NCBI GenBank assembly: GCA_951406725.2
Contig: OX597839.1
Span: 2,852,001-2,916,000, forward strand
DNA length: 64,000 bases
Direction: 5' to 3'
From: Octopus vulgaris
Lineage: Eukaryota
In this document: one piece after another, positions 37,767 to 50,697 of the stretch
Numbering within the stretch: position 1 is the first letter of the stretch
Layout: each line of letters starts with the position of its first letter
Translations under genes and position numbers: made by a program
The notes under the pieces: generated by a model
Databases searched by the model: none
What the model was told of the DNA's origin: nothing
Seen by the model: only the letters and a program-made list of their open reading frames with translations

Positions 37767-39317
37767 ACCCATAGGATTTTGGGGGAGGAAGAAGACATGT
37801 AATTCCTTAATTCTCAGCCCCTTCATCTTCTGGAGTTTTATTTTTTCAATTTGTATTTAGCATTCATTCTTTAGTCCCTCACCCCCCCCCTCCATATCAC
37901 CACTTCCACCTCCACTCAGTGGAGACTTTTGTTCTTTCCGTTTTCATTCCCTTTTTCCACCTTCTGTCAGTCTGGGAAAACTTTGCTGGCGCATCACTTG
38001 CTGCTTACATCTGTTACTTCAACAACTAACATCTCCACTATTGCAGCCCCTAATTTCCCATAAACTGCTGTTTGCATCTCAGCATTCTTATAACTTCTCC
38101 CACCTGTTTTATTTATCATTTTTTAAAAATTATATTCTTATTTTAAGCTCTTTGGTTAGATAAAGAGCCTACATTAAATCTCTTTAGATAGAAGAGATCA
38201 TTTCACAATTTGCAAAGAAGGGATAGCAATGATGAGAACATGTAGTAGTATGCTTAGCGAAATGGCTACTGCTATTGAACTCCAGAACAATACCATCTGG
38301 GGTATAAAGAAAGAAGAAGAAGAAGAAGAAAAAAAAAACCTGTATCACTTTCCAAGCATTTGGTATAAAAGAATGCAGGGGAAAATATAAATATTGAGTT
38401 TGATACACAGCATTTAGGAATGGACTGAAGTTTGCTAACATCTATATTATAGAGAAAATCTGCATTTCCAACCCCTTCATTTCAATCTTCAACCAAAAAT
38501 CTGAAGTATTCTCAACTTGCCAGGATATGCTAAAATATTTTTGATTAAACTTCAAAGCAGAATCGCCTAATGCTTGATGGAAAGGACTCTGCATCATTGA
38601 CCAATTAGAGAGGTGCCAACACTTTGCAAATATCCTAATTGCTATTTTATTTCTCCTTATTTTAGACTCACTGATCAGCAGGGATGGCTGTAAGGTCAGT
38701 CACATCAAACCTATAAGTATGACAAAATAACCCTGTTTACCAACCCAACATGCAATTATTACAGGCTCTACATATTTCTAACGTAGGTGTGTATTGAGCA
38801 CTTTTGGGTTTTGTAAGAAAAGACAAACAAAACTGATACCACATATATAAACTTATTTTCTTTTTATATTTTAACTCTACTGCTTCCAATTTGCTGCATG
38901 TGTGTATATATATGTATATATAAATATATATATATGTATGTATTTGCTTGCTGCTTGTGCTTTTCTGTTTTTGTTTTTTTGGCTTAGCTGTTTTCCTTCA
39001 GCTCAATTAAACTTCCAACAGCTTATCTGCTAATACGCATGCTTCTACTAAAATATACCTTGTCTATATTGCACTTCATTTCAGTCTGACTGCTGCTGTA
39101 ATAAATAAAATGAAATGTATCTCTTGCGTTCTTGCTGGTGTTCCAAATAAACTCAGTTTAGAAGTAGATGGCTGGAGAAATACACACATGAAAGGCCTCG
39201 GGGGTGGGGTTACTGTGCACTACACAGTTTTTGCGGATGTTTTGATCAAATCCTTTGGGTGTTTCCATTGGTTCATGACTAGAAATGCATATATTATTTA
39301 TTTATTTATATGTATGT

Positions 39318-39368
<51 letters not shown>

Positions 39369-39780
39369 TATATTGATATACATATAATTATATTTCTATA
39401 CATATATAGACATGTGCACATGCACACACACTCTCACATGTATGTGAAGGCACATGGCTCAGTGGTTAGGGTGTTACACTCATGATTGCTAGACTGTGGT
39501 TTCAACATTTGGGTGTCACATTGTGTTCTTAAGCAAAACGCTTCATTTCACTTGCTGCAGTTCATGTAACCCTGTGACAGTATCCTTCTGATCAGGGGAT
39601 AAATGTTGGCCTGCTAACTTAGGGGGTGGGAGGGGGGTCATCATTCTAAAGCTAAAACTAAACCAAGTGCATTGTGACCAGCAGTGTATAACATCTGGTA
39701 AGTCTGGCCGATCTCATGATATATAATAGAAGTCAACTTGTGATCGGGTAAGACCACTTAGAAAGTCCATGCAAACATTC

Positions 39781-39942
39781 GCAGGAGTGGCTGTGTGGTA
39801 AGTAGCTTGCTAACCAACCACATGGTTACAGGTTCAGTCCCACTGCGTGGCATCTTGGGCAAGTGTCTTCTACTATAGTCTCGGGCCGACCAATGCCTTG
39901 TGAGTGGATTTGGTAGACGGAAACTGAAAGAAGCCAGTCGTA

Positions 39943-39993
<51 letters not shown>

Positions 39994-40214
39994 ATGTGTT
40001 TGTGTGTCTGTGTTTGTCCCCCTAGCATTGCTTGACCACCGATGCTGGTGTGTTTACGTCTCCATCACTTAGAGGTTCGGCAAAAGAGACCGATAGAATA
40101 AGTACTGGGCGTACAAAGAATAAGTCCCGGGGTTGATTTGCTCGACTAAAGGCGGTGCTCCAGCATGGCCGCAGTCAAATGACTGAAACAAGTAAAAGAG
40201 AGAGAGTAAAGAGT
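39781..40214 (+). mobile_element. tRNA-derived SINE family A
   Basis: Matches other family A copies, with an expanded internal (TA)n. Confidence 0.85.
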
Positions 40215-40534
40215 ATTCTGGTAGCCCAAGTACTTCCTGTGTGTGAATTTGTTGTGAGTGGACAAAAGTTCTGCATTGCACTGAAGCTCCCTTGCGTCAC
40301 AATCAGCTATAAAACCAGTGGCACAACAGAAGTTAAAAAGACCAGGAATTAACTCTGCTTCAGGTTTTTTTTTTTTTTTTTATGAATTCACCTTTTTCTC
40401 AAAAGGAAATTCTAGGACTCCTTCACTCCCGGTGCATCACATGCTAGTTAACCCATAGCTGAGATCATAACAGGTCCCACTATGCAGCATCAGATGCAGT
40501 GTTGAATCATACCCAGGACATGTATGTGTGTGTA

Positions 40535-40592
<58 letters not shown>

Positions 40593-40798
40593 CATTCACA
40601 CTCTTTGATTTTCCTGTACTCCCCTTCTGCTAACAGGCTTTTGACCTTGAATTATCTCAACGGACATTCTCGTCTGCTTTCACCCAGCCTGGCGTCAACG
40701 CATATAGATAGACAGTTTGTGCCATTTATTCCATGGGCTCCTCGTGAGCGTTTGTCGAAAAGCTTGCTGTGCATTTTGTTGGAGAATTAAGTTCCTGG

Positions 40799-40884
40799 AT
40801 TTTCCTGAAGAGAAGGCTGCAAAATGGACTCCTTATTCAATCCGAATTAGGGACTTAGCAGCCTTTGAAACATATGTAGAAAAT
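40799..40884 (+). ncRNA. Type I hammerhead ribozyme with canonical core and extended stem II
   Basis: attttc-CTGAAGA-gaaggctgc(37 nt with inner hairpin)gcagccttt-GAAA-catatg-T-A-gaaaat. 6-bp stem I, 9-bp stem II, palindromic stem III, GUA site. Lies inside a (TA)n-flanked relic (~40592-41092). Confidence 0.75.
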
Positions 40885-41088
40885 AATAAAAAGGAATTTT
40901 GTTAAATCTTCGTTCAGCTCCATTTCTTCCTACACTAAATATATAAAACTTCAAATTTCCGCACTAAGGCACGGAATTTAGGCCCCATGGTCGTAACCTC
41001 AACCGTGCTTTTTCTGTTGTGATTTTTGCTACTCAGGTATCGGTTATCATTTGAATTATCCGTAATAAGATAATTCATTTATCTACTT

Positions 41089-41154
<66 letters not shown>

Positions 41155-41167
41155 CATATATATATAC

Positions 41168-41199
<32 letters not shown>

Positions 41200-42269
41200 G
41201 TATAGGACGGTGAGCTGGCAGAATTGTTAGTATCCTGGGTGAAATGCTTAGCAGTATTTCATCTGCCGTTATGTTCTGAGTTCAAATTCCACCAAGGTTG
41301 ATTTTGCTTTTCATCCTTTTGGAGTTGATTAAATAAATACCATTTATGCACTGCGATTGATGTAATCGACTTAATTCCTTTGTGTCTCCTTGTTTGTCCC
41401 CTCTATGTTCAGCCCCCCATGGGCAATAAAGATATATATATATATATAAAGAGGTAAAAATCCCCTTCGAGACACAAGTCCAGGCAAGACTGTTTGTGAA
41501 AGACCAGCAGTTGTCCATGCATACTGATCTCTTCTCCCGTGCTACCGATGTTATCCAAGGGATAGGCAAAGGCTGATACAGCTTGGCACCAGTGATGTCA
41601 CAGCTCATTTCTACAGCTGAGTGAACTGGAGTAATGTGAAATAAAGTGTTTTGCTCAAGAACTCAGCACACAGCCCAGTCCTTATAATTGTGAGTCAGAT
41701 GCCCTAACCACTGAGCCATGTGCCTTCACCTATACTCTGTGTGTGTGTGTGTGTGTGTTTTCTACTTATTCTGGCTGCAACAATTTTGTGTTTTAGTGGA
41801 CCAGAATGAATGCTTGAAGTGTGGAAAAGTGAAGGATGTGACGATGATGTGGACGATCATGATGATGATGATAAAAATGACTGATGGCAATAGTTTTTTA
41901 AATGGCAAAAGTAGCAGCAAATTTTCAGGAAAATGTATCATGCAGGCCACCATGTCTTAATCTCTTCTATATTTAATTCAACAGTATGGTTGAATTGATA
42001 TTTTCTCAGCTACCTCAAGACGAAAGCTGGGTGGGTATTATCCTGGTGCTGCTTATGATGATGATGGCGATTGTGAAGATGATGATAATTAATGGTGGGA
42101 GTGGGAATGATGATGATGATGATGATTTATGATGATGTTGGTTGTGGTGATGATGATGATTATCATGGCAGCAGTGATGATGGCTATCATGGTGACGACA
42201 ATAATTATGATGGAGATGGTGGTGATGATGATGCGGATAACTATGGTGTTGATAATTATGATGATAAAG

Positions 42270-42302
<33 letters not shown>

Positions 42303-42461
42303 TCTATGTTGATAATGTTTCCAATGCCTGTGGCAACAAGTTTTCGAGATGTTGGCTAAGATAAAAACTTGTTATGTCTCTTCTTCGTTGGTAGATTTCA
42401 ACAAGTTAATTCTGTGGACATTTTATACATATATATTTACATACGTGTATACATACATACA

Positions 42462-42497
<36 letters not shown>

Positions 42498-42658
42498 TAT
42501 ATGCACACACACACACATATACATACATATATATATATATACACACATACATAGATAGATACATATATATATATATATATAGATACATACATACATATAT
42601 ATACACACACATATATATAAATGTGTATATATATATATATATATTCACACTCACACAA

Positions 42659-42705
<47 letters not shown>

Positions 42706-43314
42706 CATACAACTGTGAGTGATATGTGCCTGGTGGTAGTATGGATCTTGTTGTCTGATATCTTGTAATATTTGCAGCTAAAGTGTTTTTTTTTTACATT
42801 GTTAATTCTTTAATATGGTATTTGTGTTTGGTCTTCAGCAGCCATGAATTGGTTGATTGGAAACTGCAGAAAGATACGTTAAAATGAGACAAATGTGTGT
42901 GTGTGTGGGGGGGGGGGGGCAGAGGAAAGGGGAAGGTGAGCATCTGGGTTCACACATGAAATATTGAAAAGTTGATACACATGAAAGCACATGCACATGC
43001 TCTCATACACACACACATGCTCCCTGTTTGTGATATCTATTACCAGTGAACTGCGGAAACTACTATATGGTTGCTCAACTTATGTGAAATAGCAGTCAAA
43101 TCACCCTCGTGTTATAATTACCTTGTGTTTTTTTTTTCTCCTTTAAAAATGGCAGCACTAAAATAGCTTCGTTTTACCATTGGGTCCACAGAGGTGTGTG
43201 TGTGTATGTGGAGAATAGATGTTAAACTGTGGACAGTGGTGGTGATAATGAAGAGGATGACAGTGTTGGTATAAAGGATGGGGCATAGCTTTGATGAAGA
43301 GATTGTAAAATGGA

Positions 43315-43666
43315 ATGTTAATACCAGTTTGAATATGCTAGAAGCACATTCAGACTTGTAAACAAACTATTCACTGTGTTTGTCATGGAGAAAATTTTTC
43401 GTAGATATATGCTGTAAATAGACCCACATCAGCTCACTGCACCACCTATCCAAACTGAGATGCAAGAGTAGTTATCTGCTCTTCAGTCACAGAGACCAGA
43501 TGGCAGCACCACTGTCACAGTCTGGATAGGGGGTGCTGCAAGCTGATGTGGATATATTTAGAACATATGTCTACATTAAGAAGTTTTTCTCCCGGACAAA
43601 AACATAGTGAATGGTTTGTTTACAATTTTGAATGTGCTTCTAGCATATTTGAACTGGTATTAACAT
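43315..43666. repeat. Old imperfect inverted repeat (~150-bp arms), probable decayed MITE
   Basis: atgttaataccagtttgaatatgctagaagcacattca...gcaccacctatcca pairs with tggatagggggtgc...tgaatgtgcttctagcatatttgaactggtattaacat. Confidence 0.8.
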
Positions 43667-44743
43667 CACACTTTTAATTATCACCGCTTAGTGCACTCAC
43701 CCGATAATTGTAAAATGGGAAAATATTCTGCCATAGATCCATATTCCCAGGTCTATGGATATGTTAAAACAAAACAAAAATTGTGAAACTGATGATGTTG
43801 ATGATGATGATGACGGTGATGATAATATGATGAACACAGGTGATGGAAAAAATGATCATGACAAGCACCCAAAAGATGATGATTAAGAGTGGTGACTCCC
43901 AATGCTTTCTTTGTTCTGCATCCCTTAGGCAGTGGTTGATTAATTGTTTACACCTTCACCTTAAAAAAGTAACGTCACACCTGAAAATAAGAAGAAAGAA
44001 AATCCTAATTTTCTGATAATTAATTAATGACTGATATTAATGTCGAATAATTATAAAGTTATTGGTGTGCTTCAATGGAACAATGTTATTCTAAAGAGAA
44101 AGATAATTCCACTCTGGAAAATGACTTTTAATATGTAAAGCAAATACTTTGTTTCTTAAAAGAGATTTATTGAAATACTAGCAAATTTATACACCCTGCT
44201 CTGTCTCAGTCTCTCCCTAGAATTTTTTCACTTAGTCTCTCTTCTCTCACCATCTCTCTTTCTCTGCTTACTGCTCCTTTTCTCTTTTTCCTTATGCATA
44301 AATGCACACACGATTACATTTAAACCAGCACTACACGACACAGGGTCCTGCATTACTCATCTAAAACGTCTTTGCTCTGATATTTATTAATTTTCTATGT
44401 GTGAAAGATGGAGGTGACTTCAGACACACACACACGCACACACAAATTTATGGATTCAGTTGTTTTGGGTTTATATGTTAATTTTTAACTAATATTTATC
44501 TTGTAATCTACCAATCTCAAGAGGAATTTAGAAACATATTGCAGTTATATGCACCTGTTTGCACATACACAAACACACATGCACTTTTTCTTAGTTCCAC
44601 CTTTGTTTTCTAAACCAACATCTTGTTCTCTTTTTCACAAAGAAACCTGAGGTTACTGTAAAGCTTTGCCAACACGCTAACTACTTTCTTTGTTTTGCTC
44701 ACATTTTCCTAATGTGCCTAATGTGTTTATCTTTGTCTTTTAG

Positions 44744-45003
44744 GGAGTAGTGCATCTGGCAGCAGTGAGAAGAAGAAAGACAAGGAGAAGTCCGAACGGA
44801 AATCTGCAAGCCCTGCTGGAAGTGGTAGCAGTGATACAGACACTGGTAGTTTGGCCAGTGCTAGGCGGGGAGCTCCTAGTGAACGCAGTCTCCCGCCTAT
44901 GCCACGCGAGCTTGGACAGATGCCCCCAGACCTGTCTGGCAGTCGACAGTCTTTCAGAATGGCCATGGGAAATCCATGTGAGTTTTTTGTGGATGTCTTG
45001 TAA
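44744..45003 (+). CDS. DVL: Dishevelled terminal coding exon
   Basis: cttttag acceptor. Translates [21 protein letters not shown]...[26 protein letters not shown], with stop TAA at 45001-45003. This is the conserved Dvl C-terminus and is phase 1 compatible. Confidence 0.95.
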
Positions 45004-45768
45004 AAGACATTTGGTTTTGCGGGTCGGAATTGTTGCTGATGATGCTGCGAATTGTCTTGTGTTTGAATATGAATCTTTCTGCATGCTAGGATTCACACAC
45101 ACACATACACATATTGTGTGTGTGTGTATATATGTGTGTGTATGTGTGTGCACACATTCACATATATATCAACATATATGTACATCATAGCATTTGTTAT
45201 GTATTTGATTATCTTCAAGTTTTTTTGGGGTTTTTTTTGAAAATTCTGTGATATTGAACATTTTATTGTTTGTCTCAAAAAAAAAAACAAACAAACGAAA
45301 AACTGACCAACACCACTGAACAGGCATGGTTGAGTGGTAAGAAGTTTGCTTCCCAACCATATGGTTCTGGATTCCGTTCCACTCATTGGCACCTTGAACA
45401 AGAGTCTAGTACTATAGCCTCAAGCCGATGAAAGCCTTGTGAGTGGATTGGTAGATGGAAACTGAAAGAAGCCCATTGTGTGTGGGTGTATTTATGTACA
45501 CACACACATAGATAGATATATCTATACATTCATACATACATACATACATGTGTGTGTGTATATGTATAATATATATTTATTTTGATTTAGTGGGGCAGTG
45601 CAACTTAAAGATTATGTAAGAGGACCATGTCAGCCTTGTATTGTAAAACTGAAATTAATATATTTGACAGTGAATATTTACAGGCAAATAAGTATTTTAA
45701 GCAAAGATAATCATGCAATGATGTGAATGTTATATATATATGTAATGTATGTGTGCACATGTACTATG

Positions 45769-45814
<46 letters not shown>

Positions 45815-46231
45815 TGTGTGTGTATGTAGGTATATATATATATATATGTCTATATATGTATAATTCTTGGCATCATGTTTTTATTTTGATTAATTGTATG
45901 TAGGTATATATAGATGTATATATATGTAGGTATATATATATATATATATGCCTATATATATACGTATGTTTGGTATATATAGATGTATATATATGTAGGT
46001 ATATATATATGTATGTATATGCATGTATATATGTGTATGTATATATATATGCATGTATATATATATATATATGTATATATATGCATGTATATGTATGTAT
46101 GCATGTATATATATATATATATATGTGTGTGTGTAAGTATATACATGTGTAGGTATATATATGTGTGTATGTATATATATGTATATGTGTATATATATGT
46201 ATATGTGTGTATATATATTTATATATATGTA

Positions 46232-46276
<45 letters not shown>

Positions 46277-46296
46277 ATGTATATGTATATATGTGT

Positions 46297-48242
46297 GCTG
46301 GGGCGCCGCCCATCCAACTGGACGCCGCCCCCAGGCCAATTCAGTAGCCTAGATTTGTTCATGAACGACTGCAACGCGTTGGTCAACCAGTTTAACTTTA
46401 ATAAAAGACCTCTCCGAGGCAACTTCACTCGGGCTGAATTGATTGCCCTTCGCCACCTCCGTCGCCGCAATGGCATTGTCATCAAACCGGCGGACAAAGG
46501 CGGAGCAGTGGTGGTGTGGCGCGCAGATCTATACAGAGAGGAAGCGCTCAGCCAGCTTCAAAATCCCCTCTTCTATCGCCTCCTCCCCTCCGATCCCACC
46601 TCTTCCTACCAACAGCGAGTGTCCTCCACCATCCACGACCTCATCTCCTCTTCTGCTCTCCCCCCCCACCGTCACCAACCTCATTGTCCGGACACCCCGC
46701 ACCTCCACCATCTATTTCCTTCCCAAAATTCATAAACCCAATAACCCTGGTCGCCCCATCGTTTCCGCCTGTAATTGCCCCACTGAACACCTTTCCCTAT
46801 ACCTCGACCGCATCCTGTCCCCCTTAGTCGCAGCCTTCCCGTCCCACATACATAACACCAACCACACTCTCCGTCTCTGCAATTCCTTTTCCTTCCCTTC
46901 CAGCCCCTCACACCTCCTCTTCACCTTAGATATAAAATCCCTGTATACGGTAATTCCCCACAACGATGGTCTCTTAGCCCTCCAACACTTCCTCGACCGT
47001 CGTCCCGACCCACCCCCAGCACCCCCGTCCTTCTCCGCCTGGCAGAGCTCGTCCTCACCCTCAACTGTTTCATGTTCGCCGGGGAAACGTACCAACAGTT
47101 GTCTGGGGTCGTGATGGGCCCCAATTTCGCCAATCTCTTTGTTGGCTACATTGAAGCCCAAGTATTCTCCCAATTCTCCGGGCCGACCCCAGAACTACAC
47201 AGTCGCTACATAGACGACTGCATAGGTGCCACCTCCCTTTCCTGCGAACAACTCTGCCACTTCATCTCTTTCCTCTCTAACTTCCACCCCTCTCTACAAT
47301 TCACTTCCACCATCTCCAATACCTTCCTTGATATCTCTCTCAGCATCGACCACCCCCCCACTCTCTCACCACCTCCGCCTTCTTCAAACCCATGGATTCC
47401 CACCTCTATCTCAACTTCTCCTCCTCCCATCCCTTCCACACCAAATGGGCCATCCCCTAGTCCCAGTTCCTCCGCCTCCGACGCTTGTGCAGCCGCGACT
47501 AGGATTTCGAGACCCAGTCTCAATACCTGGCCTGCCTGTTCAGGCATCGAGGATACCCACCTACACTGGTCTTGAACGCCCGCACCCATTGCATCGACTG
47601 CACCACCGCCCCATCTCTTTCCTCTCACCCACCCCAAAACAGCACCCCCTTTCTCTTCCTTTTCCACCCCTCTACTCTACCCCTTCGTCGGAAGATACTA
47701 TGTGCCTTCCGTCACCTCCAGCTCGATCCCACGACCCGCCCCATTTTCCCCAACCCACCCCTGTCCTTCAAACGAGCCCAGAATCTATGCGACCTCCTGG
47801 TCCGTAGCACCCTCTCTTCTTCCCCCTCAGCCCCACACGGATCCTTCCCGTGCTCCAGATCCCACTGCAACACCTGCTCCTTCATCACCAACACCACTGC
47901 TGTCACCGGTCCCAACCAGCGAACTGTACGTATCAGACATTCTTTTACGTGTACTTTGTCTGGTCTCATATACTGCATTAATGCGGAATGCTGTATATAG
48001 GACAGACGGGACGCCGGTTGTCAGACCGATTCGCCGAACATCTAAGGGATATTCGCCTATGTTCCAATTCTCCCGTCGCACGTCACATCCGCTCGGCCAG
48101 CCATTCCCCCGATGACATCTCTGTGTTAGGTCTCGCCTCACACAACGGTCCTCCACAATCCAGGCTTCACTTGGAGCAACGTTTCATTTTCACTCTACAA
48201 ACCAATACCCCACACGGACTCAACACAGCCCCCTCGTCTTAG
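46297..48242 (+). pseudogene. Frameshifted RT/GIY-YIG ORF of the Penelope-like element
   Basis: Homology is split over ORFs 45983, 46443, 47072, 47572 and 47988 by frameshifts and stops. Confidence 0.9.
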
Positions 48243-48892
48243 TGACTGCGCTCCACCTCTCCCTTTCTTTCTTTTTTTTTTTATATTGCCCTTATACAGA
48301 AACACAGACACACATACTCACATATCCACGAACACATCACACACATACAACCTACATGCACATGTACGCACACATACTTCCACACCTATACACACCCCCA
48401 CATGCACACGCACATGCCCGTGCACACACACCAACAAACAATACTCATACAGATACACACACTCTTATAAACACCTAGCAGAGACTCACACACATACACG
48501 CACGTAAGCGCGCACACACACACAAGCAGGCGCATGTACATTACGCCCACACAACTCCAGAAGAAACCCCACGCACACACGCATACAGTCACACACACAC
48601 ACATACATATGTACACACACATACATACATACATACATACATTCATACATACATATATACATACATACACACACAAATACATACACTCACATACATACGT
48701 ACATACACACACACATACATACACTCACATACACACATACGTACATACACACACATACATACGCACATACATACACACATACACACACATACACACATAC
48801 ATACATACACACACATACATACATACACACACATACACGCATACATAGATACATACATACACACACACATACATACATACACACACACACAT

Positions 48893-48929
<37 letters not shown>

Positions 48930-49761
48930 TACACACATACATACATACACACATACATACATACACACAGACACACTCACACATACATACACACACACAT
49001 ACATACATACACACACACATACACACACACACATATGGGGTTGGCTGTATTGCAGGCATGCGTCAGTGTGTGTATGTGTGTGCCTGTGGATTCACATACA
49101 CCCACACTAATTTTTTTTTCCATCAATCTTTCAATTATAAAGTGTGTGCTTGCATACATACATATACACACATATAAACATATGAACACACATATAAACC
49201 CCTACATTTGTACATACACGCACATATATACATACATTCACATATATACATACATTCACTCGCATGCACGTACACACACACGCGCACACACACATTTACA
49301 TATATATACAATACACGCGCACACATACACACGTACAAACACACAAATTCACATATACACCGACATATATACATACACACAATATATACCTACACGTGCA
49401 CATACACATACGTACACACATATAAACACAGACACACACACATACGCACACAAAAACATGCGCACACATACACACGCACACACGCAAAACCCCCACGGAT
49501 ACACGCATATACATCCATATACGCTTACACACACACATACACGCACACACAACTACACGCACATACATACACACACACACACAAACACACACACAAATGA
49601 ACCCACACATACGTCCCATACACACGGCACACAACTATACATACACGCACACAATTATACATACATATATATACACACAAACGCACGTACAAGCACACAT
49701 ACATGAAGTTAAGCACAGTTACTTGCCACACACCCAAACTCTACGCATACACACACGAACA

Positions 49762-49814
<53 letters not shown>

Positions 49815-50220
49815 TACAAACAAAACACACACACGATACATATACATACACGCACACATACCTCTTTGTTTTTGATCTGTGACTGGACCCAAAAAACACC
49901 ACTCCTTAATTCTTACATACTGGCCAGCTACTAGCCAGTTGTTCGCCATACACACACACACACACACACACACGTGTCATCATTGCACACATACACACAC
50001 ACACGCGCGCACACGCAGACCTCCCCGAACGCACACATTCACACACTTTCCCCCTCTCACTTTCTTTACCATACTGTCTTTGAAAACTCTCCTGTCTTTA
50101 AAAAACATTATTCTTCTACCTTACTACTTCCGTCTTTCAATATGTGACCTCGTGTGTACCATTGGCGATTTTTTTTTTTTTTCCTCTGTCTTCCTTTCTC
50201 GGGATCTTTCCTTCTCCTAT

Positions 50221-50255
50221 GTTTCCTACGAAGAGCTCCGCTCGAAACGTTAAAC
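50221..50255 (+). ncRNA. Degenerate minimal hammerhead in the Penelope terminal repeat
   Basis: gttt-CCTACGA-a-gagc(tcc)gctc-GAAA-cg-T-T-aaac. Core has two substitutions relative to CUGANGA. Confidence 0.6.
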
Positions 50256-50653
50256 CCTCCTTCTTTCCTTCTTTCCTGAGCGTCCAATAATACTTTATTT
50301 GTTCCACGTCCTCGCGTTGTTGTGTTTTTTTGTGTTTTCTTGTTTGGATTAAATATATATATATATATACATATATATACACACATATATATAAGCAAGG
50401 CAACTGTTGTCAATGTATGTTTACTAAAACTCTCACCAACGTTGTCTGTCTGTGTGTCCTCTCTATGTTTCTGCTTCATCACCTCAACGCCTTGTTTATC
50501 AAGATGTGTATTTCATAACTGTTCTTCAAAGACTAACAATGTTCATAGTTTTTAGAATGTTATTGATAAATCACACACAAACACACACATATATAATGTA
50601 TGTATATGTATGCACATAATGTATGCATGAGTATGTATATAGATATATGCATG

Positions 50654-50697
<44 letters not shown>

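Larger units (their letters stand above)
46296..50352 (+). mobile_element. Penelope-like retroelement (Neptune-like), 5'-truncated and decayed, inserted in (TA)n
   Basis: RT motifs [53 protein letters not shown] and FLDI. C-x4-C-x2-C linker (CSRSHCNTC). GIY-YIG endonuclease (GLIYCI...LYIGQTGRRLSDRFAEH...GLN), stop at 48240-48242. Then a CA-rich tract and a terminal segment 50040-50352 with a hammerhead-like motif. Confidence 0.92.

Noticed and set aside
44644-44655. Upstream alternative acceptor before the terminal exon
   Set aside because: The phase-1 frame hits TGA after two codons and the AAG acceptor is weak.
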